DNA of 64,000 nt from Eledone cirrhosa (lineage: Eukaryota): the NCBI GenBank assembly GCA_964016885.1, contig OZ024743.1, forward strand, positions 378,386,001-378,450,000, given 5' to 3'. Under the pieces are notes generated by a model that was not told where the DNA came from, did not search any database, and worked only from the letters and a program-made list of their open reading frames with translations. Numbering within the stretch: the stretch's first letter is position 1; each line of letters starts with the position of its first letter. A program made the position numbers and the translations under genes. Shown piece by piece: positions 8,187-20,100 of this stretch.

Positions 8187-11100
8187 AGTGTAGCTCTGGG
8201 GCAGTGGTTGGGTGTAAAACTCTCTCTCTCTCACTAGTGTAGCAGAAACTGGGGTAGTGGTGGGGTGTAAAACTCTCTCTCTCACTAGTGTAGCAGAAAC
8301 TGGGGTAGTGGTGGGGTGTAAAACTCTCTCTCTCTCTCTTTAGTGTAGGAGAAACTGGGGTAGTGGTGGGGTGTAAAACTCTCTCTCTCTCTCTAGTGTA
8401 GGAGAAACTGGGGTAGTGGTGGGGTGTAAAACTCTCTCTCTCTCTCTAGTGTAGGAGAAACTGGGGTAGTGGTGGGGTGTAAAACTCTCTCTCTCTCTCT
8501 TTAGTGTAGGAGAAACTGGGGTAGTGGTGGGGTGTAAAACTCTCTCTCTCTCTCTCTTTAGTGTAGGAGAAACTGGGGTAGTGGTGGGGTGTAAAACTCT
8601 CTCTCTTTAGTGTAGGAGAAACTGGGGTAGTGGTTGGGTGTAAAACTCTCTCTCTCTCTCTTTAGTGTAGGAGAAACTGGGGTAGTGGTGGGGTGTAAAA
8701 CTCTCTCTCTCTCTCTTTAGTGTAGGAGAAACTGGGGTAGTGGTGGGGTGTAAAACTCTCTCTCTCTCTCTTTAGTGTAGGAGAAACTGGGGTAGTGGTT
8801 GGGTGTAAAACTCTCTCTCTCTCTCTTTAGTGTAGGAGAAACTGGGGTAGTGGTGGGGTGTAAAACTCTCTCTCTCTCTCTTTAGTGTAGGAGAAACTGG
8901 GGTAGTGGTGGGGTGTAAAACTCTCTCTCTCTAGTGTATGAGAAACTGGGGTAGTGGTGGAGTGTAAAACTATCTCTCTCTCTCTTTAGTGTAGGAGAAA
9001 CTGGGGTAGTGGTGGGGTGTAAAACTCTCTCTCTCTCTCTTTAGTGTAGGAGAAACTGGGGTAGTGGTGGGGTGTAAAACTCTCTCTCTCTCTCTTTAGT
9101 GTAGGAGAAACTGGGGTAGTGGTTGGGTGTAAAACTCTCTCTCTCTCTCTTTAGTGTAGGAGAAACTGGGGTAGTGGTGGGGTGTAAAACTCTCTCTCTC
9201 TCTCTTTAGTGTAGGAGAAACTGGGGTAGTGGTGGGGTGTAAAACTCTCTCTCTTTTAGTGTAGGAGAAACTGGGGTAGTGGTGGGGTGTAAAACTCTCT
9301 CTCTCTCTCTTTAGTGTAGGAGAAACTGGGGTAGTGGTGGGGTGTAAAACTCTCTCTCTCTTTAGTGTAGGAGAAACTGGGGTAGTGGTGGGGTGTAAAA
9401 CTCTCTCTCTCTCTAGTGTAGGAGAAACTGGGGTAGTGGTTGGGTGTAAAACTCTCTCTCTCTATTTAGTGTAGGAGAAACTGGGGTAGTGGTGGGGTGT
9501 AAAACTCTCTCTCTCTCTCTCTCTAGTGTAGGAGAAACTGGGGTAGTGGTGGGGTGTAAAAGTCTCTCTCTCTCTCTCTAGTGTAGGAGAAACTGTAGTA
9601 GTGGTGGGGTGTAAAAGTCTCTCTCTCTCTCTCTCTAGTGTAGGAGAAACTGGGGTAGTGGTGGGGTGTAAAAGTCTCTCTCTCTCTCTCTAGTGTAGGA
9701 GAAACTGGGGTAGTGGTGGGGTGTAAAAGTCTCTCTCTCTCTCTCTAGTGTAGGAGAAACTGGGGTAGTGGTGGGGTGTAAAAGTCTCTCTCTCTCTCTC
9801 TAGTGTAGGAGAAACTGGGGTAGTGGTGGGGTGTAAAACTCTCTCTCTCTCTCTTTAGTGTAGGAGAAACTGGGGTAGTGGTGGGGTGTAAAACTCTATC
9901 TCTCTCTCTTTAGTGTAGGAGAAACTGGGGTAGTGGTGGGGTGTAAAACTCTCTCTCTCTCTCTTTAGTGTAGGAGAAACTGGGGTAGTGGTGGGGTGTA
10001 AAACTCTCTCTCTCTCTCTTTAGTGTAGGAGAAACTGGGGTAGTGATGAGGTGTAAAACTCTCTCTCTCTCTCTCTCTCTAGTGTAGGAGAAACTGGGGT
10101 AGTGGTGGGGTGTAAAACTCTCTCTCTCTCTCTCTCTAGTGTAGGAGAAACTGGGGTAGTGGTGGGGTGTAAAACTCTCTCTCTTTAGTGTAGGAGAAAC
10201 TGGGGTAGTGGTGGGGTGTAAAACTCTCTCTCTCTTTAGTGTAGGAGAAACTGGGGTAGTGATGGGGTGTAAAACTCTCTCTCTCTCTAGTGTAGGAGAA
10301 ACTGGGGTAGTGGTGGGGTGTAAAACTCTCTCTCTCTCTCTTTAGTGTAGGAGAAACTGGGGTAGTGGTGGGGTGTAAAACTCTCTCTCTCTCTTTAGTG
10401 TAGGAGAAACTGGGGTAGTGGTGGGGTGAAAAACTCTCTCTCTCTCTCTTTAGTGTAGGAGAAACTGGGGTAGTGGTGGGGTGTAAAACTCTCTCTCTCT
10501 CTTTAGTGTAGGAGAAACTGGGGTAGTGGTGGGGTGTAAAACTCTCTCTCTTTAGTGTAGGAGAAACTGGGGTAGTGGTGGGGTGTAAAACTCTCTCTAG
10601 TGTAGGAGAAACTGGGGTAGTGGTGGGGTGTAAAACTCTCTCTCTTTAGTGTAGGAGAAACTGGGGTAGTGGTGGGGTGTAAAACTCTCTCTAGTGTAGG
10701 AAAAACTGGGGTAGTGGTGGGGTGTAAAACTCTCTCTCTCTCTCTAGTGTAGGAGAAACTGGGGTAGTGGTGGGGTGTAAAACTCTCTCTCTCTCTAGTG
10801 TAGGAGAAACTGGGGTAGTGGTGGGGTGTAAAACTCTCTCTCTAGTGTAGGAGAAACTGGGGTAGTGGTGGGGTGTAAAACTCTCTCTCTCCCTAATGTA
10901 GGAGAAACTGGGGTAGTGGTGGGGTGTAAAACTCTCTCTAGTGTAGGAAAAACTGGGGTAGTGGTGGGGTGTAAAACTCTCTCTCTCTAGTGTAGGAGAA
11001 ACTGGGGTAGTGGTGGGGTGTAAAACTCTCTCTCTCTAGTGTAGGAGAAACTGGGGTAGTGGTGGGGTGTAAAACTCTCTCTCTCTCTCTAGTGTAGGAG

Positions 11101-14100
11101 AAACTGGGGTAGTGGTGGGGTGTAAAACTCTCTCTCTCTCTCTCTAGTGTAGGAGAAACAGGGGTAGTGGTTGGGTGTAAAACTCTCTCTCTCTCTCTAG
11201 TGTAGGAGAAACAGGGGTAGTGGTTGGGTGTAAAACTCTCTCTCTCTCTCTAGTGTAGGAGAAACTGGGGTAGTGGTTCGGTGTAAAACTCTCTCTCTCT
11301 CTCTAGTGTAGGAGAAACAGGGGTAGTGGTGGGGTGTAAAACTCTCTCTCTCTCTCTAGTGTAGGAGAAACTGGGGTAGTGGTGGGGTGTAAATCTCTCT
11401 CTCTCTAGTGTAGGAGAAACAGGGGTAGTGGTTGGGTGTAAAACTCTCTCTCTCTCTCTAGTGTAGGAGAAACTGGGGTAGTGGTTGGGTGTAAAACTCT
11501 CTCTCTCTCTCTAGTGTAGGAGAAACTGGGGTAGGGGTGGGGTGTAAAACTCTCTCTCTCTCTAGTGTAGGAGAAACTGGGTTAGTGGTTGGGTGTAAAA
11601 CTCTCTCTCTCTAGTGTAGGAGAAACTGGGGTAGGGGTGGGGTGTAAAACTCTCATTCTAGTGTAGGAAAACTGGGGTAGTGGTGGGGTGTAAAACTCGC
11701 TCTCTCTCTAGTGTAGGAGAAACTGGGGTAGTGGTGGGGTGTAAAACTCTCTCTCTTTCTAGTATAGGAAAACTGGGGTAGTGGTGGGGTGTAAAACTCG
11801 CTCTCTCTCTAGTGTAGGAGAAACTGGGGTAGTGGTGGGTTGTAAAACTCTCTCTCTCTACTGTAGGAGAAACTGGGGTAGTGGTGGGGTGTAAAACTCT
11901 CTCTCTAGTGTAGGAGAAACTGGGGTAGTGGTGGGGTGTAAAACTCTCTCTCTCTAGTGTAGGAGAAACTGGGGTAGTGGTGGGGTGTAAAACTCTCTTT
12001 CTAGTGTAGGAGAAACTGGGGTAGTGGTGGGGTGTAAAACTCTCTCTCTCTCTAGTGTAGGAGAAACTGGGGTAGTGGTGGGGTGTAAAACTCTCTCTCT
12101 CTCTCTAGTGTAGGAAAAACTGGGGTAGTGGTGGGGTGTAAAACTCTCTCTCTCTCTAGTGTAGGAGAAACTGGGGTAGTGGTGGGGTGTAAAACTCTCT
12201 CTCTAGTGTAGGAGAAACTGGGGTAGTGGTGGGGTGTAAAACTCTCTCTCTCTAGTGTAGGAGAAACTGGGGTAGTGGTGGGGTGTAAAACTCTCTCTCT
12301 AGTGTAGGAGAAACTGGGGTAGTGGTGGGGTGTAAAACTCTCTCTGTAGTGTAGGAGAAACTGGGGTAGGGGTGGGGTGTAAAACTCTCTCTAGTGTAGG
12401 AAAAACTGGGGTAGTGGTGGGGTGTAAAACTCTCTCTCTCCCTAATGTAGGAGAAACTGGGGTAGTGGTGGGGTGTAAAACTCTCTCTAGTGTAGGAAAA
12501 ACTGGGGTAGTGGTGGGGTGTAAAACTCTCTCTCTAGTGTAGGAGAAACTGGGGTAGTGGTGGGGTGTAAAACTCTCTCTCTCTAGTGTAGGAGAAACTG
12601 GGGTAGTGGTGGGGTGTAAAACTCTCTCTCTAGTGTAAGAGAAACTGGGGTAGTGGTGGGGTGTAAAACTCTCTCTCTCTAGTGTAAGAGAAACTGGGGT
12701 AGTGGTGGGGTGTAAAACTCTCTCTCTCTAGTGTAAGAGAAATTGGGGTAGTGGTGGGGTGTAAAACTCTCTCTCTAGTGTAGGAGAAACTGGGGTAGTG
12801 GTGGGCTGTAAAACTCTCTCTCTCTCTCTAGTGTAGGAGAAACTGGGGTAGTGGTGGGGTGTAAAACTCTCTCTCTCTCTTTAGTGTAGGAGAAACTGGG
12901 GTAGTGATGGGGTGTAAAACTCTCTCTCTCTAGTGTAGGAGAAACTGGGGTAGTGGTGGGGTGTAAAACTCTCTCTCTCTCTCTTTAGTGTAGGAGAAAC
13001 TGGGGTAGTGGTGGGGTGTAAAACTCTCTCTCTCTCTTTAGTGTAGGAGAAACTGGGGTAGTGGTGGGGTGTAAAACTCTCTCTCTCTCTTTTTAGTGGA
13101 GGAGAAACTGGGGTAGTGGTGGGGTGTAAAACTCTCTCTCTCTCTTTAGTGTAGGAGAAACTGGGGTAGTGGTGGGGTGTAAAACTCTCTCTCTTTAGTG
13201 TAGGAGAAACTGGGGTAGTGGTGGGGTGTAAAACTCTCTCTCTCTCTAGTGTAGAAGAAACTGGGGTAGTGGAGGGGTGTAAAACTCTCTCTTTAGTGTA
13301 GGAGAAACTGGGGTAGTGGTGGGGTGTAAAACTCTCTCTAGTGTAGGAAAAACTGGGGTAGTGGTGGGGTGTAAAACTCTCTCTCTCTCCCTAGTGTAGG
13401 AGAAACTGGGGTAGTGGTGGGGTGTAAAACTCTCTCTCTCTCTAGTGTAGGAGAAACTGGGGTAGTGGTGGGGTGTAAAACTCTCTCTCTAGTGTAGGAG
13501 AAACTGGGGTAGTGGTGGGGTGTAAAACTCTCTCTCTCCCTAATGTAGGAGAAACTGGGGTAGTGGTGGGGTGTAAAACTCTCTCTAGTGTAGGAAAAAC
13601 TGGGGTAGTGGTGGGGTGTAAAACTCTCTCTCTCTCTCTAGTGTAGGAGAAACTGGGGTAGTGGTGGGGTGTAAAACTCTCTCTCTCTAGTGTAGGAGAA
13701 ACTGGGGTAGTGGTGGGGTGTAAAACTCTCTCTCTCTCTCTAGTGTAGGAGAAACTGGGGTAGTGGTGGGGTGTAAAACTCTCTCTCTCTCTCTAGTGTA
13801 GGAGAAACAGGGGTAGTGGTTGGGTGTAAAACTCTCTCTCTCTCTCTAGTGTAGGAGAAACAGGGGTAGTGGTTGGGTGTAAAACTCTCTCTCTCTCTCT
13901 AGTGTAGGAGAAACTGGGGTAGTGGTTCGGTGTAAAACTCTCTCTCTCTCTCTAGTGTAGGAGAAAACAGGGGTAGTGGTGGGGTGTAAAACTCTCTCTC
14001 TCTCTCTAGTGTAGGAGAAACTGGGGTAGTGGTGGGGTGTAAAACTCTCTCTCTCTAGTGTAGGAGAAACTGGGGTAGTGGTGGGGTGTAAAACTCTCTC

Positions 14101-17100
14101 TCTCTCTCTAGTGTAGAAGAAACTGGGGTAGTGGTTGGGTGTAAAACTCTCTCTCTCTCTCTAGTGTAGGAGAAACTGGGGTAGGGGTGGGGTGTAAAAC
14201 TCTCTCTCTCTCTAGTGTAGGAGAAACTGGGTTAGTGGTTGGGTGTAAAACTCTCTCTCTCTCTCTAGTGTAGGAGAAACTGGGGTAGGGGTGGGGTGTA
14301 AAACTCTCTCTCTTTCTAGTGTAGGAAAACTGGGGTAGTGGTGGGGGTGTAAAACTCGCTCTCTCTCTAGTGTAGGAGAAACTGGGGTAGTGGTGGGGTG
14401 TAAAACTCTCTCTCTTTCTAGTGTAGGAAAACTGGGGTTGTGGTGGGGTGTAAAACTCGCTCTCTCTCTAGTGTAGGAGAAACTGGGGTAGTGGTGGGGT
14501 GTAAAACTCTCTTTCTCTCTCTAGTGTAGGAAAAACTGGGGTAGTGGTGGGGTGTAAAACTCTCTCTCTCTCTAGTGTAGGAGAAACTGGGGTAGTGGTG
14601 GGGTGTAAAACTCTCTCTCTAGTGTAGGAGAAACTGGGGTAGTGGTGGGGTGTAAAACTCTCTCTTTCTAGTGTAGGAAAACTGGGGTAGTGGTGGGGTG
14701 TAAAACTCGCTCTCTCTCTCTAGTGTAGGAGAAACTGGGGTAGTGGTGGGGTGTAAAACTCTCTCTCTTTCTAGTGTAGGAAAACTGGGGTAGTGGTGGG
14801 GTGTAAAACTCGCTCTCTCTCTAGTGTAGGAGAAACTGGGGTAGTGGTGGGTTGTAAAACTCTCTCTCTCTACTGTAGGAGAAACTGGGGGAGTGGTGGG
14901 GAGTAAAACTCTCTCTCTCTCTAGTGTAGGAGAAACTGGGGTAGTGGTTGGCTGTAAAACTCTCTCTCTCTCTAGTGTAGGAGAAACTGGGGTAGTGGTG
15001 GGGTGTAAAACTCTCTCTCTAGTGTAGGAGAAACTGGGGTAGTGGTGGGGTGTAAAACTCTCTCTCTCTAGTGTAGGAGAAACTGGGGTAGTGGTGGGGT
15101 GTAAAACTCTCTTTCTAGTGTAGGAGAAACTGGGGTAGTGGTGGGGTGTAAAACTCTCTCTCTCTCTAGTGTAGGAGAAACTGGGGTAGTGGTGGGGTGT
15201 AAAACTCTCTCTCTCTCTCTAGTGTAGGAAAAACTGGGGTAGTGGTGGGGTGTAAAACTCTCTCTCTCTCTAGTGTAGGAGAAACTGGGGTAGTGGTGGG
15301 GTGTAAAACTCTCTCTCTAGTGTAGGAGAAACTGGGGTAGTGGTGGGGTGTAAAACTCTCTCTCTCTAGTGTAGGAGAAACTGGTGTAGTGGTGGGGTGT
15401 AAAACTCTCTCTCTCTCTAGTGTAGGAGAAACTGGGGTAGTGGTTGGGTGTAAAACTCTCTCTCTAGTGTAGGAGAAACTGGGGTAGTGGTGGGGTGTAA
15501 AACTCTCTCTCTAGTGTAGGAGAAACTGGGGTAGTGGTGGGGTGTAACACTCTCTCTCTAGTGTAGGAGAAACTGGGGTAGTGGTGGGGTGTAAAACTCT
15601 CTCTCTCCCTAATGTAGGAGAAACTGGGGTAGTGGTGGGGTGTAAAACTCTCTCTAGGGTAGGAAAAACTGGGGTAGTGGTGGGGTGTAAAACTCTCTCT
15701 CTCCCTAATGTAGGAGAAACTGGGGTAGTGGTGGGGTGTAAAACTCTCTCAAGTGTAGGAAAAACTGGGGTAGTGGTGGGGTGTAAAACTCTCTCTCTAG
15801 TGTAGGAGAAACTGGGGTAGTGGTGGGGTGTAAAACTCTCTCTCTCTAGTGTAGGAGAAACTGGGGTAGTGGTGGGGTGTAAAACTCTCTCTCTAGTGTA
15901 AGAGAAACTGGGGTAGTGGTGGGGTGTAAAACTCTCTCTCTAGTGTAAGAGAAACTGGGGTAGTAGTGGGGTGTAAAACTCTCTCTCTCTAGTGTAAGAG
16001 AAACTGGGGTAGTGGTGGGGTGTAAAACTCTCTCTCTAGTGTAGGAGAAACTGGGGTAGTGGTGGGGTGTAAAACTCTCTCTCTCTCTAGTGTAGGATAA
16101 ACTGGGGTAGTGGTGGGGTGTAAAACTCTCTCTCTCTAGTGTAAGAGAAACTGGGGTAGTGGTGGGGTGTAAAACTCTCTCTCTAGTGTAGGAGAAACTG
16201 GGGTAGTGGTGGGGTGTAAAACTCTCCCTAGTGTAGGAGAAACTGGGGTAGTGGTGGGGTGTAAAACTCTCTCTCTCTAGTGTAAGAGAAACTGGGGTAG
16301 TGGTGGGGTGTAAAACTCTCTCTCTCTATTGTAGGAGAAACTGGGGTAGTGGTGGGGTGTAAAACTCTCTCTCTAGTGTAGGAGAAACTGGGGTAGTGGT
16401 GGGGTGTAAAACTCTCTCTCTCTCTCTCTCTCTAGTGTAGGAGAAACTGGGGTAGTGGTGGGGTGTAAAACTCTCTCTCTCTAGCGTAAGAGAAACTGGG
16501 GTAGTGGTGGGGTGTAAAACTCTCTCTCTCTCTCTCTCTCTAGTGTAAGAGAAACTGGGGTAGTGGTGGGGTGTAAAACTCTCTCTCTCTCTCTCTCTCT
16601 CTCTAGTGTAGGAGAAACTGGGGTAGTGGTGGGGTGTAAAACTCTCTCTCTAGTGTAGGAGAAACTGGGGCAGTGGTGGGGTGTAAAACTCTCTCGCTAG
16701 TGTAGGAGAAACTGGGGCAGTGGTGGGGTGTAAAACTCTCTCTCTCTATTGTAGGAGAAACTGGGGTAGTGGTGGGGTGTAAAACTCTCTCTCTAGTGTA
16801 AGAGAAACTGGGGTAGTGGTGGGGTGTAAAACTCTCTCTCTCTAGTGTAGGAGAAACTGGGGTAGGGGTGGGGTGTAAAACTCTCTGTCTCTCTCTAGTG
16901 TAGGAGAAACTGGGGTAGTGGTGGGGTGTAAAACTCTCTCTCTCTAGTGTAGGAGAAACTGGGGTAGGGGTGGGGTGTAAAACTCTCTCTCTCTCTCTCT
17001 CTCTAGTGTAGGAGAAACTGGGGTAGTGGTGGGGTGTAAAACTCTCTCTCTAGTGTAGGAGAAACTGGGGTAGTGGTGGGGTGTAAAACTCTCTCTCTAG

Positions 17101-20100
17101 TGTAGGAGAAACTGGGGTAGTGGTGGGGTGTAAAACTCTCTCTCTATTGTAGGAGAAACTGGGGTAGTGGTGGGGTGTAAAACTCTCTCTCTAGTGTAGG
17201 AGAAACTGGGGTAGTGGTGGGGTGTAAAACTCTCTCTATTGTAGGAGAAACTGGGGTAGTGGTGGGGTGTAAAACTCTCTCTCTAGTGTAGGAGAAACTG
17301 GGGTAGTGGTGGGGTGTAAAACTCTCTCTCTATTGTAGGAGAAACTGGGGTAGTGGTGGGGTGTAAAACTCTCTCTCTAGTGTAGGAGAAACTGGGGTAG
17401 TGGTGGGGTGTAAAACTCTCTCTCTAGTGTAGGAGAAACTGGGGCAGTGGTGGGGTGTAAAACTCTCTCTCTAGTGTAGGAGAAACTGGGGCAGTGGTGG
17501 GGTGTAAAACTCTCTCTCTAGTGTAGGAGAAACTGGGGCAGTGGTGGGGTGTAAAACTCTCTCTCTATTGTAGGAGAAACTGGGGTAGTGGTGGGGTGTA
17601 AAACTCTCTCTCTAGTGTAGGAGAAACTGGGGTAGTGGTGGGGTGTAAAACTCTCTCTATTGTAGGAGAAACTGGGGTAGTGGTGGGGTGTAAAACTCTC
17701 TCTCTAGTGTAGGAGAAACTGGGGTAGTGGTGGGGTGTAAAACTCTCTCTCTATTGTAGGAGAAACTGGGGTAGTGGTGGGGTGTAAAACTCTCTCTCTA
17801 GTGTAGAAGAAACTGGGGTAGTGGTGGGGTGTAAAACTCTCTCTCTAGTGTAGGAGAAACTGGGGCAGTGGAGGGGTGTAAAACTCTCTCTCTAGTGTAG
17901 GAGAAACTGGGGCAGTGGTGGGGTGTAAAACTCTCTCTCTAGTGTAGGAGAATCTGGGGCAGTGGTGGGGTGTAAAACTCTCTCTCTAGTGTAGGAGAAA
18001 CTGGGGCAGTGGTGGGGTGTAAAACTCTCTCTCTCTCTCTCTAGTGTAGGAGAAACTGGGGTAGTGGTGGGGTGTAAAACTCTCTCTCTAGTGTAGGAGA
18101 AACTGGGGCAGTGGTGGGGTGTAAAACTCTCTCTCTCTCTAGTGTAGGAGAAACTGGGGTAGTGGTGGGGTGTAAAACTCTCTCTCTAGTGTAGGAGAAA
18201 CTGGGGCAGTGGTGGGGTGTAAAACTCTCTCTCTAGTGTAGGAGAAACTGGGGCAGTGGTGGGGTGTAAAACTCTCTCTCTAGTGTAGGAGAAACTGGGG
18301 CAGTGGTGGGGTGTAAAACTCTCTCTCTAGTGTAGGAGAAACTGGGGCAGTGGTGGGGTGTAAAACTCTCTCTCTCTCTCTCTAGTGTAGGAGAAACTGG
18401 GGTAGTGGTGGGGTGTAAAACTCTCTCTCTAGTGTAGGAGAAACTGGGGCAGTGGTGGGGTGTAAAACTCTCTAGTGTAGGAGAAACTGGGGCAGTGGTG
18501 GGGTGTAAAACGCTCTCTCTCTAGTGTAAGAGAAACTGGGGTAGTGGTGGGGTGTAAAACTCTCTCTCTAGTGTAAGAGAAACTGGGGTAGTGGTGGGGT
18601 GTAAAACTCTCTCTCTCTAGTGTAAGAGAAACTGGGGTAGTGGTGGGGTGTAAAACTCTCTCTCTAGTGTAAGAGAAACTGGGGTAGTGGTGGGGTGTAA
18701 AACTCTCTCTCTAGTGTAAGAGAAACTGGGGTAGTGGTGGGGTGTAAAAGTCTCTCTCTCTAGTTTAAGAGAAACTGGGGTAGTGGTGGGGTGTAAAACT
18801 CTCTGTCTCTCTCTAGTGTAGGAGAAACTGGGGTAGTGGTGGGGTGTAAAACTCTCTGTCTCTAGTGTAGGAGAAACTGGGGTAGTGGTGGGGTGTAAAA
18901 CTCTCTCTCTCTCTCTAGTGTAGGAGAAACTGGGGTAGTGGTGGGGTGTAAAACTCTCTCCCTCTCTCTAGTGTAGGAGAAACTGGGGTAGTGGTGGGCT
19001 GTAAAACTCTCTCTCTCTATTGTAAGAGAAACTGGGGTAGTGGTGTGGTGTAAAACTCTCTGTCTCTCTCTAGTGTAGGAGAAACTGGGGTAGTGGTGGG
19101 CTGTAAAACTCTCTCTCTCTATTGTAAGAGAAACTGGGGTAGTGGTGGGGTGTAAAACTCTCTGTCTCTCTCTAGTGTAGGAGAAACTGGGGTAGTGGTG
19201 GGCTGTAAAACTCTCTCTCTCTATTGTAAGAGAAACTGGGGTAGTGGTGGGGTGTAAAACTCTCTGTCTCTCTCTAGTGTAGGAGAAACTGGGGTAGTGG
19301 TGAGGTGTAAAACTCTCTCTCTCTAGTGTAGGAGAAACTGGGGTAGTGGTGGGGTGTAAAACTCTCTCTCTGTAGTGTAAGAGAAACTGGGGTAGTGGTG
19401 GGGTGTAAAACTCTCTGTCTCTCTCTAGTGTAGGAGAAACTGGGGTAGTGGTGGGGTGTAAAACTCTCTCTCTCTAGTGTAGGAGAAACTGGGGTAGTGG
19501 TGGGGTGTAAAACTCTCTCTCTAGTGTAGGAGAAACTGGGGTAGTGGTGGGGTGTAAAACTCTCTCTCTCTAGTGTAGGAGAAACTGGGGTAGTGGTGGG
19601 GTGTAAAACTCTCTCTCTCTAGTGTAAGAGAAACTGGGGTAGTGGTGGGGTGTAAAACTCTCTCTAGTGTAGGAGAAACTGGGGTAGTGGTGGGGTGTAA
19701 AACTCTCTCCCTAGTGTAGGAGAAACTGGGGTAGTGGTGGGGTGTAAAACTCTCTCTCTAGTGTAGGAGAAACTGGGGTAGTGGTGGGGTGTAACACTCT
19801 CTCTCTCTCTCTCTCTCTCTAGTGTAGGAGAAACTGGGGTAGTGGTGGGGTGTAAAACTCTCTCTCTAGTGTAGGAGAAACTGGGGTAGTGGTGGGGTGT
19901 AAAACTCTCTCTCTCTAGTGTAGGAGAAACTGGGGTAGTGGTGGGGTGTAAAACTCTCTCTCTCTAGTGTAAGAGAAACTGGGGTAGTGGTGGGGTGTAA
20001 AACTCTCTCTAGTGTAGGAGAAACTGGGGTAGTGGTGGGGTGTAAAACTCTCTCTCTCTAGTGTAAGAGAAACTGGGGTAGTGGTGGGGTGTAAAACTCT

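Noticed and set aside
5720-8285. Short ORFs at 5720, 6143, 6696, 7475, 7620, 7847, 7967 and 7998
   Set aside because: They fall in SINEs, a 60-bp duplication or the degenerate satellite flank, and show no recognisable domain or splice-supported structure.
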